This document shows, one piece after another, positions 20,949 through 32,353 of a stretch of DNA of 61,330 nucleotides. The position numbers were made by a program, and so were the translations under genes. The notes under the pieces were generated by a model. It did no database searches and was not told the origin of the DNA. It saw only the letters and a list, made by a program, of their open reading frames with translations. Numbering within the stretch: the first letter of the stretch is position 1; every line of letters begins with the position of its first letter. The DNA lies in assembly GCA_030167865.1 (NCBI GenBank), contig JALAGF010002361.1:62001-123330 (forward strand). The letters are read 5' to 3'. Source of the stretch: Craspedostauros australis (Eukaryota).

Positions 20949-23900
20949 ATGATGACAGAGTCGGGACAGGACCCGCAAGGGATCCCAAACGCACCGGAGA
21001 ACCCACCACCGCAACCACCGAAGATGGACAGCAGCGACCACTCCTTCGGCGGTGACGGCTTCATGATGGGAGGCAACATCGGCGATGGTGCGCTGCCAGA
21101 GGACATTCAGCACCAGCAGATGCTGCGAGCCCAAGGACTGCAGCAGCCCGTCGTGCCCGGCACCCCGGCTGGTCGATCGCAACCAACGCCGATGAACACG
21201 CCCTTCACCGGCGTCGTCCCGGCCGCTATGCCCAACATGAACGTGCCGCAGTTGCCACAATTGCAGGGCACCATGGTTCCCGGAGCCACATATGGCATGC
21301 AACAGCAGCAACAACAACAACAACAACAAGCAGCCTACGGCAACGTCGCCGTCACAACTCCAACAGCGGCGGCCAGCCCCAGCGCCGGAGGATCGTCCTA
21401 TGCTGCTCGCTCTGCGGCCTTGGTGGAACGCCATCAGCAGCAGCCGCAAATGCAGCCATCCATCATGGTGTCTCCAGCTTCAACGCAACCACCAGGCACA
21501 CCGAATGTCATGCAAGGTGCCATGCCCAACGCCATGGCCGGCCAGTTCCAAACCCAGCAAATGCAGCAGCAGCAGTACCAACAACCGCAGATGCAGGCCC
21601 AGCCTCAGATGGGTTACCAGTTCCAGAACAACGCAGCCCAGGCTTCGATGATGCAGGCGCAAGCCCAAGCCCAACCAACCGCGCCGAATGTGATGGCCTC
21701 TGCCATGGGTGGATCTTCGTACGCCCAGCGTTCCCAGCTGATGCAGCAGGGACAGATGCAGGTGCAGACCCCCACAGGAATGATGCAGCAGCAACCAAAT
21801 CAGTTCCAACCATCGCAGCAAATCGGAACGGCACCCACTGCGATGGCCTCCCCATCTCAGCAGCAGGGCATCATGTCCAGGTACGCTCAGCAGGTTGTTC
21901 ATGGTGGCCAACAGCCACAGTCCCAGATGCAACAGCAGCAGGCCTATCAGCAGGGAGCTCAGTTGAATATGCAGGCACCCAACGCTTCGGCCATGGCAGG
22001 TCGTCCACCAGCACAAGCTGCAGCAGCGGGTGGGTCCTATGCGGCTCGTTCGGCCGCCCTCGCTTCCGCTGGGCAGCCACAGGCTCAACCCCAAATGCAA
22101 CAACAGCAGCAGCAGTACCAACAACCGCAGCTGGCCAACAGCGCCATGATGAACTCCTCCATGTACGGCAATCCACAAGCCCAGCCTGTTGCGGCATCGA
22201 TGCAGCAGCAACAACAAGTCCAGCAAACGCAGACACAGTACCAACCGCAAATGCAAGGACAGATGCAACAGCAGCAGCAGCAACCACAACAACAGCAGAT
22301 GCAAGGACAGCAAATGCAAGGACAGACGCAGCAGCCACAGGGTGTACCGCCGCACATGATGGGACAAGAATCGCCAGCCGAACAGGCTCACCAACAGCGT
22401 CTGCTCATGGAGGCCACCCGCAAGGTCCAGGAGCACGCGTACTACATGAAGCAGGCCATGGAACGACACGACCTTCCCAACGCCCTAGACCGTGCTGCCA
22501 GCATGGTCGGAGAGCTAGGCGAGCAGGCACATGCCCATCACAGCGCTCCAAGCCCCGGACCGCCGATCGCTGATGGAATGGACGGTTCTGCGGGCATAGG
22601 ACGTGCCAGGCTCAACCCCAAGACTTACTACGAGCTCCATCTCCGTGCGTTGGACGATCTGCCGGTGCTGGAGGATTACCTCAAGCAGCTGTCCGACCAG
22701 GGCAAGATGCAGGCTCAAGCCCAGGCCCTCGTTCAAGGACAAGGGCAGATGCAGATGCAGGCCAACCAGGGCAAGCACTACACAATGCTCGAACTGTACA
22801 ACATCGTCCAGTACTGTCCCAACGTGCTGTCCCGTTTGTACATGCAAATCTGTGCTGCCAGCGCACTTATTGCAAGCAAGGAGGTCGGCGCCAAGTGGGT
22901 CATGAACGATGTCATGCAGGCTGTTAAATGCGTGCAAAACCCAGTGCGCGGTCTGTTCTTGCGGCACTACCTCCTCCAGGCATTCCGCGACAAGCTACCG
23001 GACACACCGGAGCCAATGGCAACAGCAGCAGCAGCACCGGATGCAGAAGCAGCAGCAGATTCCAAGCCAGCGGCAAGAGTGCAAGAAACAGCAGAAAGCG
23101 CCATGGGCAACGTCAAGGATTCATACGAATTCATCCTTGCCAACTTCGTGGAGATGAACAAGCTATGGGTGCGCATTCGTCACCTCCCAGGCGACGGCAA
23201 GAGCCGAGAGATCCGAAGACGCCGCGAGCGTGAACGCAACGAGCTCAAGATTCTCGTCGGCACCAACCTCATCCGCCTCTCCCAGCTGGAATGTGTCACC
23301 TCCAAGATCTACGGCGAACTGATCCTGCCCAGGATCTTGGAGCACATCGTCGTTTGCAACGACCCGCTTGCGCAAGCATACGTGATGGATTGTATCACGC
23401 AGGTGTTCCCTGACGAATACCACCTCGAAACCATGCCGATCCTTCTCGGTGTCTGTCCCAGGCTCCGGGACAGGGTCAACATCCGCACCATCCTGAACTC
23501 GATGATGGAGCGTCTGGCCAACTACCTCGCAGACGAAGAGCTGCTGGATGAGAAGGACTCCAACAGCGTCAAATCCAACCTCGCCAGGGATTCCTTCGAG
23601 ATGTTCCACAAGTGCGTACAGTCCGTGTTCAACGCGCGCGGGCCGAAGCTGTCGGCGAAGGAGGCCATCCGATTGCAGACTGCGCTCGTTTCGTTCACTA
23701 TGAAATGCAACAATGGCAATCAAGGTGAGGTCGTGGTCTCGTTGGGAGCCTGCGTGCAGGCCTTGAATCAGGCACGCACCACGTTCACCATCCTTCCCGA
23801 TGGCAACATGGCGACCACAGTCTCCCGTGCCCCGCTCGATGATGTGGCCACCTCGGAGCTCGAGAAGCTGCTATCCATCCCGATGGATTCGCTGGCGCTG

Positions 23901-25755
23901 GGTGTCTTGAAGTTGGATCATTTCTCCAACCTCATTGCCTTCCTGCCTTGGTCCAACCGTCGGCAGGTAGCAATCACCCTGCTCGAGGCAATCAACAACG
24001 CCGGCTCATCGCCGCAGACCATGGACGAGATCGAGGAGCTCTTTGAAGTCATCGCCCCCGTCATCCGTGATGAGAACAGCCAACCACATCAACAGCAGCA
24101 GCTCGACGCAGCCGGGCAGACAGCACAGCTCATGGCAGGGTTGGGAGTCAGCAACTCGCCATACAACGCGCAGATGGCCGGAGCCGGCGCAGGACTAATG
24201 AGCGAAGAGCTGCGTGGTCACAATGCGTTGGTATCAAAGCTGATCCATCTTCTGGATCACGAGAACACAGACATGGTATACGGAATGCTATCCACAGCCA
24301 AGCGTTACATCTCCGTGGGTGGTCCACAGCGCGTCAGCCAGACCTACGTCGCTCTGATCCACGCTGCTTTGGATCTTGCGAAGCGCATCGTCAAAGAGCA
24401 ACGTGCAGCAGCAGCCAGTGCCAAGGATGACACGAAGAAGTCGGATGATGTGGTCGAGGCTGCTGAAACGAAAACGGAAGCACCAGGGGAGGCAAAGGAA
24501 GGTGCGACTGAAGAAACGAAACAGGCAGAAATTGAAGCCACGGAAGAAATCAAGAAAGAATCAGGAGAAGACACGGCCAAGCCTGAAGCGAAGGAAACCG
24601 CAGCAGAAGGTGAAGAGAAGGCCAATGAGGAGGAGGAAGCTGAACCTCCGATGTTCGATGACATTGATGACGAGAAGGTCGGGGATGATAGCAAGGCCGA
24701 ACAAGAGAAGGAGGAGGACACAGCGGAGGCAGAGAAATCTGTCAGTGCCAGGGATGTGTTTGTTTTCATCCAACAAACCATCGCCGCCCTCGCCGCGTCA
24801 AGCCCAGAAACTGCCATCAAGCTCTACCACGAAACTGCTCGATACGCCAGCGGCATGGTCCGATCTGACGTGCCCGACTCTAAGGGCATGTTCGGTCCCA
24901 TCGCAAACGAGTTGTTCGTTCAATCATTCACACTGTACCAGGAGAAGCAGGGCGACTACAAATTCCAGGGTCGATGCATCAAGTCCATGGTTGCAGCACT
25001 CTTGGCCTGCAACAAGGGCTTGGAGAAGGCACATTACGAAAAGATGGTCATGAAGGCTTGTACGTTCGCGGCCAAGTCATTGCGCAAGGAGGATCAATGC
25101 GAGCTGGTCATGCTGTGTTCGCAACTTTTCTACATTGTGGATGCGAAGGTAAGTTGGCGCGTCACACATGGGCCTGATGATGGGTGTTTCGGATGTTCTC
25201 TTGCGGTTGTACATGTTGACTGTGCAAAGCCCGTGCTTCTTTGCAGAACGATGAACGCGACCTCGTTGTCTCACATACACTCATGTCTTCGTTCTTTCCA
25301 CATGGCTGCATCGCGTCACATCTGTTCTTGTTTGGTTCCACTTCCAATACCACACAATGCCTACGTCCGCTTCGGCTTCGACCTCTACCATCCTCGTGCG
25401 ATAACAGGGTGACATCATTTACGCCAACAAGCAGCGTTGCTTGGAATGCTTGCAACGAGCATTGAAGCTCGCAGATGGCTCCACTTCAACCAATCCATCG
25501 AACCTCTTCCTCTTCGTCGATTTGTTGGAGCAGTACCTCCAGTTCTTCCACAAGAACAACCCATCGATCACGGCCAAGTACATCACCAGCCTCGTCCAGC
25601 TGGTCAAAACGAACTGCGCCAAACACGAGTCCAGCACCCCAGCCATCTCGCAGGCCAAGGGACATTTCGCTGAAGTAGTCAAGTTGCTCAAGGCAAGAAA
25701 GACTGCGGCTGCGACATCAGAAAAGTACGGCCCAATTGAGCTTGGTGGGATGTAA
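20949..25755 (+). CDS. VPS35: Retromer subunit VPS35 with long Q-rich N-terminal extension, 2 exons, ~1515 aa
   Basis: Exons 20949-25148 and 25408-25755 (GTAAGT...CAG, phase 0). Motifs: L.PK.YYEL, LY..VQY..N.LSRLY, VQNPVRGLFLRHYL, FIL.NF.EMNKLWVR, ER.EL.ILVGTNL.RLSQL, AQ.Y.MDCI.QVFPDEYHL, and R.LECLQRALK.AD in exon 2. Confidence 0.93.
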
Positions 25756-25882
25756 TTGGTCGGCTTGCTCTGCAAATCCGTACGAGTACGAGGAACGATG
25801 GGAAGAGAGATGAAAACGACGCCGAAATAACGGAACGAAGAAAGCAGATAGGCAACAAGATCGGACAATGAATAGACAACAA

Positions 25883-25908
25883 GCAGGCAGGCAGGCAGGC
25901 AGACAGGC
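25883..25908 (+). repeat. (GCAG)n tetranucleotide microsatellite downstream of VPS35
   Basis: gcaggcaggcaggcaggcagacagg read directly from the sequence. Confidence 0.7.
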
Positions 25909-26814
25909 CAGCTGGCAGAAAGTCAAGCAAAGCATTCTGTTGACAGACACGTGCTTGCTATGATACCGCTGGTGGCAGTGAGAGAGAGAAAGTGTTCTAC
26001 TCTACGTATGGTACACTGAGAGAAGTTGCAACAGAGAAACGTACACGTACAGTAAACAAGTGAAAGAAATGGTCACGCGAGCATTGTGCCAAAGTAGGGG
26101 CAGCGATGCAGCAGCACCTTCATTCTTCATGCCATTGTCTGTTTCCGTTTCGATGTGCATCGATTCACAAGGTGGCTTGCTCTGTTTCCAGAGTGCATTG
26201 GTTATTTGGATGGACGACAACGCTGTGGTTGATTGAACCGACGAGATGTGGCAGCAACCAACCACCCAAAAAGGATTCCTGTGGGATTGGAAAGTACTCT
26301 CGTCCCAATGCACATGAAATTGGCAATCATTACAATTCACAAAGAGACGCGCAACTCTCGCTTACCTGATCTTGGAGAATTTGCAAACCAGAAAGAAAGT
26401 GACTGGACGCAAACGCATGCAGAATGATGCGCTGTGCCGCAGGCATGCTGAAGAGCATCACGTTGCCACATTGCACGGCGGACGGAAGACGAAGTCTGGG
26501 TTGTTTTTTGCGCGATCCCTCGCCATCATTCGCAAGGAGTGATCTTCACGGCCTCAAGGTTGATGATAGCATCAGGCGACACAAAATCTCAAACGCAAAC
26601 ATCAAGGTAAGGGACGAGGTCGTGATGGTTGCAATGGCCGGCATCATGGCGGCTCTGCCATGAAGTTCGCCGCATTCCAGTGCTGTGTGCTCACAATCCA
26701 TGATCTATCCGCACTGCCATTTGATTTTGTCCATTCCATCCGCCATTTCTGCATCACAAGACGGAAGAGAAGAGCTGAAGAAAAGCAATAGAGAAGCACC
26801 CACCGGACTGCATC

Positions 26815-27783
26815 ATGAAGCTACACCATCTTGCCCTCCTCGCTATTTGCTCCATGACGATGGAGGTGGAAGTGGCAGCAAGAGCAGATGTGATCAAACA
26901 CAGAGGACGTCGAATGACCATGGACAGCCAGAGCAAGCGCGAAACCACCAAGCGCAATGGTCTCAAACGCAAGGCCTCCCGGGATCTGGAATCGCCTGCA
27001 CGTTCGACGACATTTGAGGAATGCGGCAAGAGCGGCAAGGGAGACATGGGGAGAGCAAGAGGACGCCGCAAGGCTCAGAGCTGTACATGCGGCAAAGGTT
27101 ACAGTTCGTGCGTCGAGTACACGGACCCGGAAGACGATCCGGTCCACGTCCCAAAGACCACAAGCGCTGACAGCGATACCTCCGGCCCGACAGCTGTTCC
27201 AACAGGACTTTCCACTGGATCTCCGACCAGCCAGCCGACGAGTGGACCTACGAGCGGGCCAACCAGCGCTCCGACCAGCGGACCAACGAGCGGACCAACA
27301 AGTGGACCAACAAGTGGACCGACGAGCAGGCCAACCAGCGGGCCAACCAGCGGACCGACCAGTGGACCAACGAGTGGACCAACGAGCGGACCAACCAGCG
27401 CTCCGACCAGTGCACCGACAAGCGGGCCGGCCGATGGTTTGATGACAGTTCCAACAAGTCTTCCCACCGATGTCCCTACGGTGGAACCAACTTCCATTCC
27501 AACTGCGCCGTTGACTGCGGCTCCGACTTCACAGCCAACGTCGGCACCAACTGGGGAGCCAACCGCCGCGCCGCTCACTGGCCCTGCAGGAAACGGTAGC
27601 GGAAACGGCCACGACAGCGGAAGTAACGAGAGTCAGGATGTCAACACAGACTACGAGCCGTTCATTCCTGTTGGTAGCAACGACTCCGTCGATGCGCAAG
27701 GCGAGGGGAGCGCCTTCATCGGCGAAAGTATCACACCCATCGGCGTGTTGACACAAGGGGAAGATGCCCCCAGCAATGATTAG
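26815..27783 (+). CDS. Secreted mucin-like Pro/Thr/Ser repeat protein (322 aa), candidate cell-wall or extracellular protein
   Basis: N-terminal hydrophobic leader MKLHHLALLAICS, a basic region, a GKSGKG/Cys segment, (PTSG/PTSA)n repeats and an acidic tail. Confidence 0.78.
   Translation: MKLHHLALLAICSMTMEVEVAARADVIKHRGRRMTMDSQSKRETTKRNGLKRKASRDLESPARSTTFEECGKSGKGDMGRARGRRKAQSCTCGKGYSSCVEYTDPEDDPVHVPKTTSADSDTSGPTAVPTGLSTGSPTSQPTSGPTSGPTSAPTSGPTSGPTSGPTSGPTSRPTSGPTSGPTSGPTSGPTSGPTSAPTSAPTSGPADGLMTVPTSLPTDVPTVEPTSIPTAPLTAAPTSQPTSAPTGEPTAAPLTGPAGNGSGNGHDSGSNESQDVNTDYEPFIPVGSNDSVDAQGEGSAFIGESITPIGVLTQGEDAPSND
27223..27429 (+). repeat. Coding 12-bp tandem repeat, ~17 units encoding PTS(G/A/Q/R)
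   Basis: Units such as ccaaccagcggg and ccaacgagcgga with synonymous variation. Confidence 0.9.
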
Positions 27784-28461
27784 GTTCAAGAGGGCACAGC
27801 AACAGCAGCATGGCACCATACTATGCATCCAACGCGAATGTTATCATCCATATTCGTGACATGGGAAAGAAGAGCACATGACGGCAAGACCAGACAATGC
27901 AATGCATTGCAACACCGCATGCAAGACCACGGGATGCAAGATGACGCATCCAAAACACATCGTATCCGTTGTATCACAGAATGTCGTGATTCTGTATCCA
28001 TACCAGAAATAACAGTAGGCAAAACAAGTTTGCATCACACCAGAGGGATGTAGTACATTTGCCAACCTGCGTGTTGCTCTATCTCACGTACGACTACTTG
28101 TGGAGCACGTGGTTCAATGTCAACATTGACACGACAACCACTGTGGTGTGGCACGTATGTACACTATATCGCTCTATTGTAGAGAGAGCAGGTGCAGACA
28201 CATACGAAACGGCGATTGCGCCACGAGTAAACACTCCAGGAGATGAAAGAAGTTTCTACCTTCAGTCTTAAGCATGTTTGCGCAACTGCTTTGTCTTTGT
28301 TAAGGTATCTGCTTCGGTATACCTCGTTGCTTTCCTGTTGTGTTCCCCTTCCATCAAAATTTCTGCGCCTTTGCGAAACGGATGATGTCTGTGTTAAGGT
28401 TACGGGGTCTGTGTGACCAATGACATGAAGGTTAGTACGAGTGATGCATACGTAAGAGTAC

Positions 28462-30134
28462 TTAAACGACCTCGGCGAATGTGATTGTCGCTTGCTCTCT
28501 CTGCCAGATCTTGTCGCCCTTTGGCAAGTTCGCAACTCCAATCGCAGTGGATTGGTTTGGTCCCTGTCCTGTGTAGTACATTCTCTGCGAACCGTCGTCG
28601 AGACTGAGCAAACACAAACGCAGAGAGTGTCAGGGTGGTGTAATGATTGTGTCGTCGTCGAGTCAAGTACATGTGTCGACGGAAGGAAACAAACGTGTGC
28701 AAGAATAGCAAGAAGTGAAAAGTGAGAAAGGTAAATGAGATGGAGTGATGCCATCATGACACCTGACGATGGCGTTGCAGTCGGTGAACACCTCCATACA
28801 GCATCCATGCAGCCGACACATGTTGCGGGTTGATTCTCTCTGGATGAATGGATGGAACTGATGGAATTCAAACGACAGGATATGCAACATACGTGCAGGA
28901 AAGTACAGGACCATCCAACAGCGCCAACAATGCCGACTTACCGCAAAATGTGAGGAGAGCCAACACCGCTGTTGTCCCATGAGCCATCCTCGTCACCGAT
29001 GTCGAGAGCGACTCCCTTCTTCGTCCATGCCATGCCGTCTGGGCTTTCCGCAACCATGATTCTGTGCTTGCTGTCCGAATTAGAAACTCCTTCGTAGTAC
29101 ATGGTGTATCCTTCGGATTCGAGCCATCCGTTACCCTCGACGAACACTGCGTTGCGGACGACGCTGCATCGGGCGCAGCCATCGGAATCGAGTGTCCCGG
29201 CCTCCGGCTCCACGCATACTCCACCCTTGTACCAGCGGAATCCGTCGCTGGATGTGGCGTACGCGATGGATTTTTGCTTGTCGTCCTTGGTCATCGTGCT
29301 GTAGTACATGAGGAAGCCACCCTGCTCCTCGTCGTTGTCCTGCTTGACGACGACATCTGGCCACGCGCAGTACAGCTCCTCACGGATGGGCACTGGGGTT
29401 CCATCGTCATCCGTCATGATGCCGATGTCGACGAGGTTGGGATCGTCCTTGACGTAAGGGTTCATGCAGGCGCCGCTGGGGTCGTCGCCTTCCACTCTGC
29501 CCCATGTGACGCCATCCTGGCTGACGCAGACACCGATGCGCATGCGCATGCCCTTGATCATGGCGTCGGCAGGGAGGTCCTTGTCGACGTAGTCCACGAT
29601 GGGCGTCTCCTCGAAGCTTCCGCCCATGTAGTACATGAGGTACACTCCGCCCTCCGTGACGACGGCAGGTGTGGAGATGGGCAGCAGGACGTTGCCGAGT
29701 CCCACGTGCGCCGTGTCGAAGCCCCACCAGGATTCCTGGTTGAGGCCGAGGGAGCAATCCTCCTTGTCCTCCGACAGGCTGCCGGTCTCATCCTTCTTCC
29801 ACAGCAGGCCGTTGCGGCTCGTGGCTCTGCCTATTCTTCCGGTCGAGAGCGGCGGGAGGGTCTTGTCGCTGTCCTGCTCGATGGAACGTCCGTGGTACCA
29901 CATGACGTACTCCGTCGCTTCCGATTCTGGATCGTCCTCTTTGGCGTAGCGATGGACGCGGGCACCACCGATCTTCAACGAGTCGAAGGCCTCCTTGTCT
30001 TCGCTGGGGGACAAGACGATGTTGTTGGCCGCATTCAGCGAAGTGGAAACGGATGCGGCTCGCAGTGGTGCGAATGCATCGGCGCCCTGTTCGACGGCAA
30101 GGATGATGGCGAGGCTGATTGGGAGGAACTTCAT
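28462..30134 (-). CDS. Plastid-targeted glycoside-hydrolase-like five-bladed beta-propeller protein (arabinanase/levansucrase/invertase-like fold), 2 exons, 444 aa
   Basis: Exons 30134-28942 and 28603-28462 (GTAAGT...CAG; 1335 nt, in frame). Signal peptide plus ADA^FAP motif. Repeated blades MWYHG..IGRATS.NGL.W, MYYMG..IGVCVS.DG.TW, MYYS..IAYATS.DG.RW, MYYEG..IMVAES.DG.AW, and MYYTGQ..AIGVA in exon 2. Confidence 0.8.
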
Positions 30135-31286
30135 CTTGGCAATGCTGGTGGTGGTGATAGTTGTTTGTTAGAATGGAAATCGAGTGGAGTTGGAGACAGT
30201 GTGTATCCTTTGCTCGTGATTACAAATACGTATCAACAGTCGGTGGGCAGTTGTGACGGTGCGGTGAGTGCGCTGTGTTGTGGCGTTGTTGTGGCGACTG
30301 TGCTGTGGCGTTGCTGCGGATGTCGATGTTGATGTTGATCTTGGGAGTGATGGTAGATTGCCCTCCGCACCCACGAGTGCTCACACTTTCTTCGTCTCTT
30401 CTCGTCTCGTTCTCGCGTTGAGTGATGTCACAAACAACCCAACGGAGAAAGTTCCGCGATTTCTGCGTGTGCTTTGTCGTTTCGGTGGCGGAATGACGAT
30501 TGCGATGTTCAACTTCGTCACAGGAGAAACAGACACGTCATGGGGGACCCATGTGCATTTTTAATCACGTTTAGGGGGAAGAAGGACTGATCGAGTACTG
30601 TTCTGAGTACCTCGTCCCACTTACTAAACGACCGCCTTCACTGTGTCGCGATTGCGCGTGGAGCATCAGGAGGAGATCTGACGAGATTGGACAGGACAAG
30701 GCAAGACACGAAAATCCCATCGTCAGGCGACATCCAGGAGCTCCTCCGCTGACAACGATAGAGTCGCGCAGTAACCGTCAGGTGTGTGTTTTGCTTGATG
30801 CCGATGAAGATGGCGATGCGGTAGAGGAAGAACTTGTGCTGAGGAACGGCAACGACGACACATCAGGAACATTGCAGAGCAGACCAGCTATCGATGTATG
30901 TGGGGCAGGGACGGATGCGGATGCAGAAAGGAATCTGGTGGGAGGAGGCCGAGAAGTGTCGGGGGAGCGAACGCAGACGAGATGGTGGCAACTGTGTCTC
31001 ACGAAATCACCGTCGACCATGTTCGCGACGGAACGCACAGGTCGATAGTTGCGGCGGACCTGTCCACAGCAGCCCATGTTCGATCTCACTGGCATGCCGA
31101 ACGACAGCAATCAATGCGACAATCGGGACGAACTCAATTCTCACACCAACACACCGCGTCCCTTTTCTTTCTTCCTTTCTCTCCCACTCACTTTCTACGC
31201 CGCACCGCGCTGATCCTCACCAACGAATCTGCAACAGATTCCAAACTTTTGAATAGAAGCAAAGCAGGTAGCACAAAGGAATCACA

Positions 31287-31691
31287 ATGGTTTTCAAGAG
31301 ATATGTCGAAGTCGGACGCGTGGTCCTCATCAATTACGGACCAGATGAGGGCAAGCTCGCCACCATCATCGATATTGTCGACCAGAACAAGTGTCTGATC
31401 GATGGACCAATGGAGATCACTGGCGCCCCACGACAGGTCATCTCTTTCACAAGAATTGCACTGACAGATTTGACAGTCAAAATCCAACGCAATGCGCGCC
31501 AAAAGAGTTTGAAGAAGGCCTGGGAGGAGGGCGAGACCATGTCCAAGTGGGATGCCAGCAGCTGGGCCAAGAAGCTGGCAGCGCGAAAGAAGCGCGCCTC
31601 CCTTTCAGACTTCGATCGTTTCAAGGTTATGGTCGCACGAAAGCAAAAGAATGAAATTATTGCCAAGAAGGTCGCCGAGTTGGAAGCGTAA
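31287..31691 (+). CDS. RPL14: 60S ribosomal protein L14 (eL14)
   Basis: MVFKRYVEVGRVVLINYGPDEGKLATIIDIVDQNKCLIDGP ... SWAKKL..RKKRASLSDFDRFKVM. Confidence 0.97.
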   Translation: MVFKRYVEVGRVVLINYGPDEGKLATIIDIVDQNKCLIDGPMEITGAPRQVISFTRIALTDLTVKIQRNARQKSLKKAWEEGETMSKWDASSWAKKLAARKKRASLSDFDRFKVMVARKQKNEIIAKKVAELEA

Positions 31692-32353
31692 CTCCGTTCG
31701 TAGAAACCCCCCAAGCAAAATACTCTGCAGACTCTATCATCTCGAATGTGTTGCTGGCTCGCGATAAGTGGCTGTGTTGGAAGCGGTCGCAGGTTCTGGA
31801 GAATACCACAGTAATGGCTCCACAGGCTTGTCAAGCCTGAAAATTAATGGAAGTTATGCTGACAGCGTCGACAAAACCATAGCCAATGATTGTAGAGTAG
31901 TGTGTACCGTGTGGAGAAAAGATGAGATTGCGATTGATGCCATCAGGTCTCTGGAGTCGTCAAGAGTCGGATCAGGATCTAAGGTCGGCAAACAGCAGAG
32001 GAGGTCGTAGTTGTACGACTACTGCATCTTGCTCCCATGTGCTTTCCAGACCTTGGCCGCCGATCGGTCCTGTCCTTGCGGCTACGGACTGCCTGCTTCC
32101 TGCTGCGTGATAGTACCAACACACTGTCAACACGGACAACGACAGACGTGAGGAAACCAGAAACGGTTTCCCACCAACAATTGCGCGCTGCCACAATTTC
32201 ATTCGACAGAACATCATCATTGTGGGAAAAGAAAGATACATGAAGGAGTGAGAGTGGAAGAACCGATCATATAATACTGCACTCGCACTTGCCGTACTTC
32301 CGAATCTGATCATTAAACAGAATACCCAACCAAGACAATAGCAGCTTCGAACA

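Noticed and set aside
21480-22469. Leu/Cys-rich minus-strand ORFs
   Set aside because: These are reverse-complement readings of the CAG/CAA-rich VPS35 extension.
25149-25412. C-terminal 87 aa of the 1487-aa VPS35 track ORF
   Set aside because: Read-through into an intron (GTAAGT at 25149); the conserved C-terminus is in the exon starting at 25408.
29064-30332. 422-aa plus-strand ORF
   Set aside because: Antisense shadow of the strongly codon-biased beta-propeller gene; no independent motifs.
30719-30760. Possible hairpin upstream of RPL14
   Set aside because: Only about 7 interrupted base pairs, which is within chance expectation.
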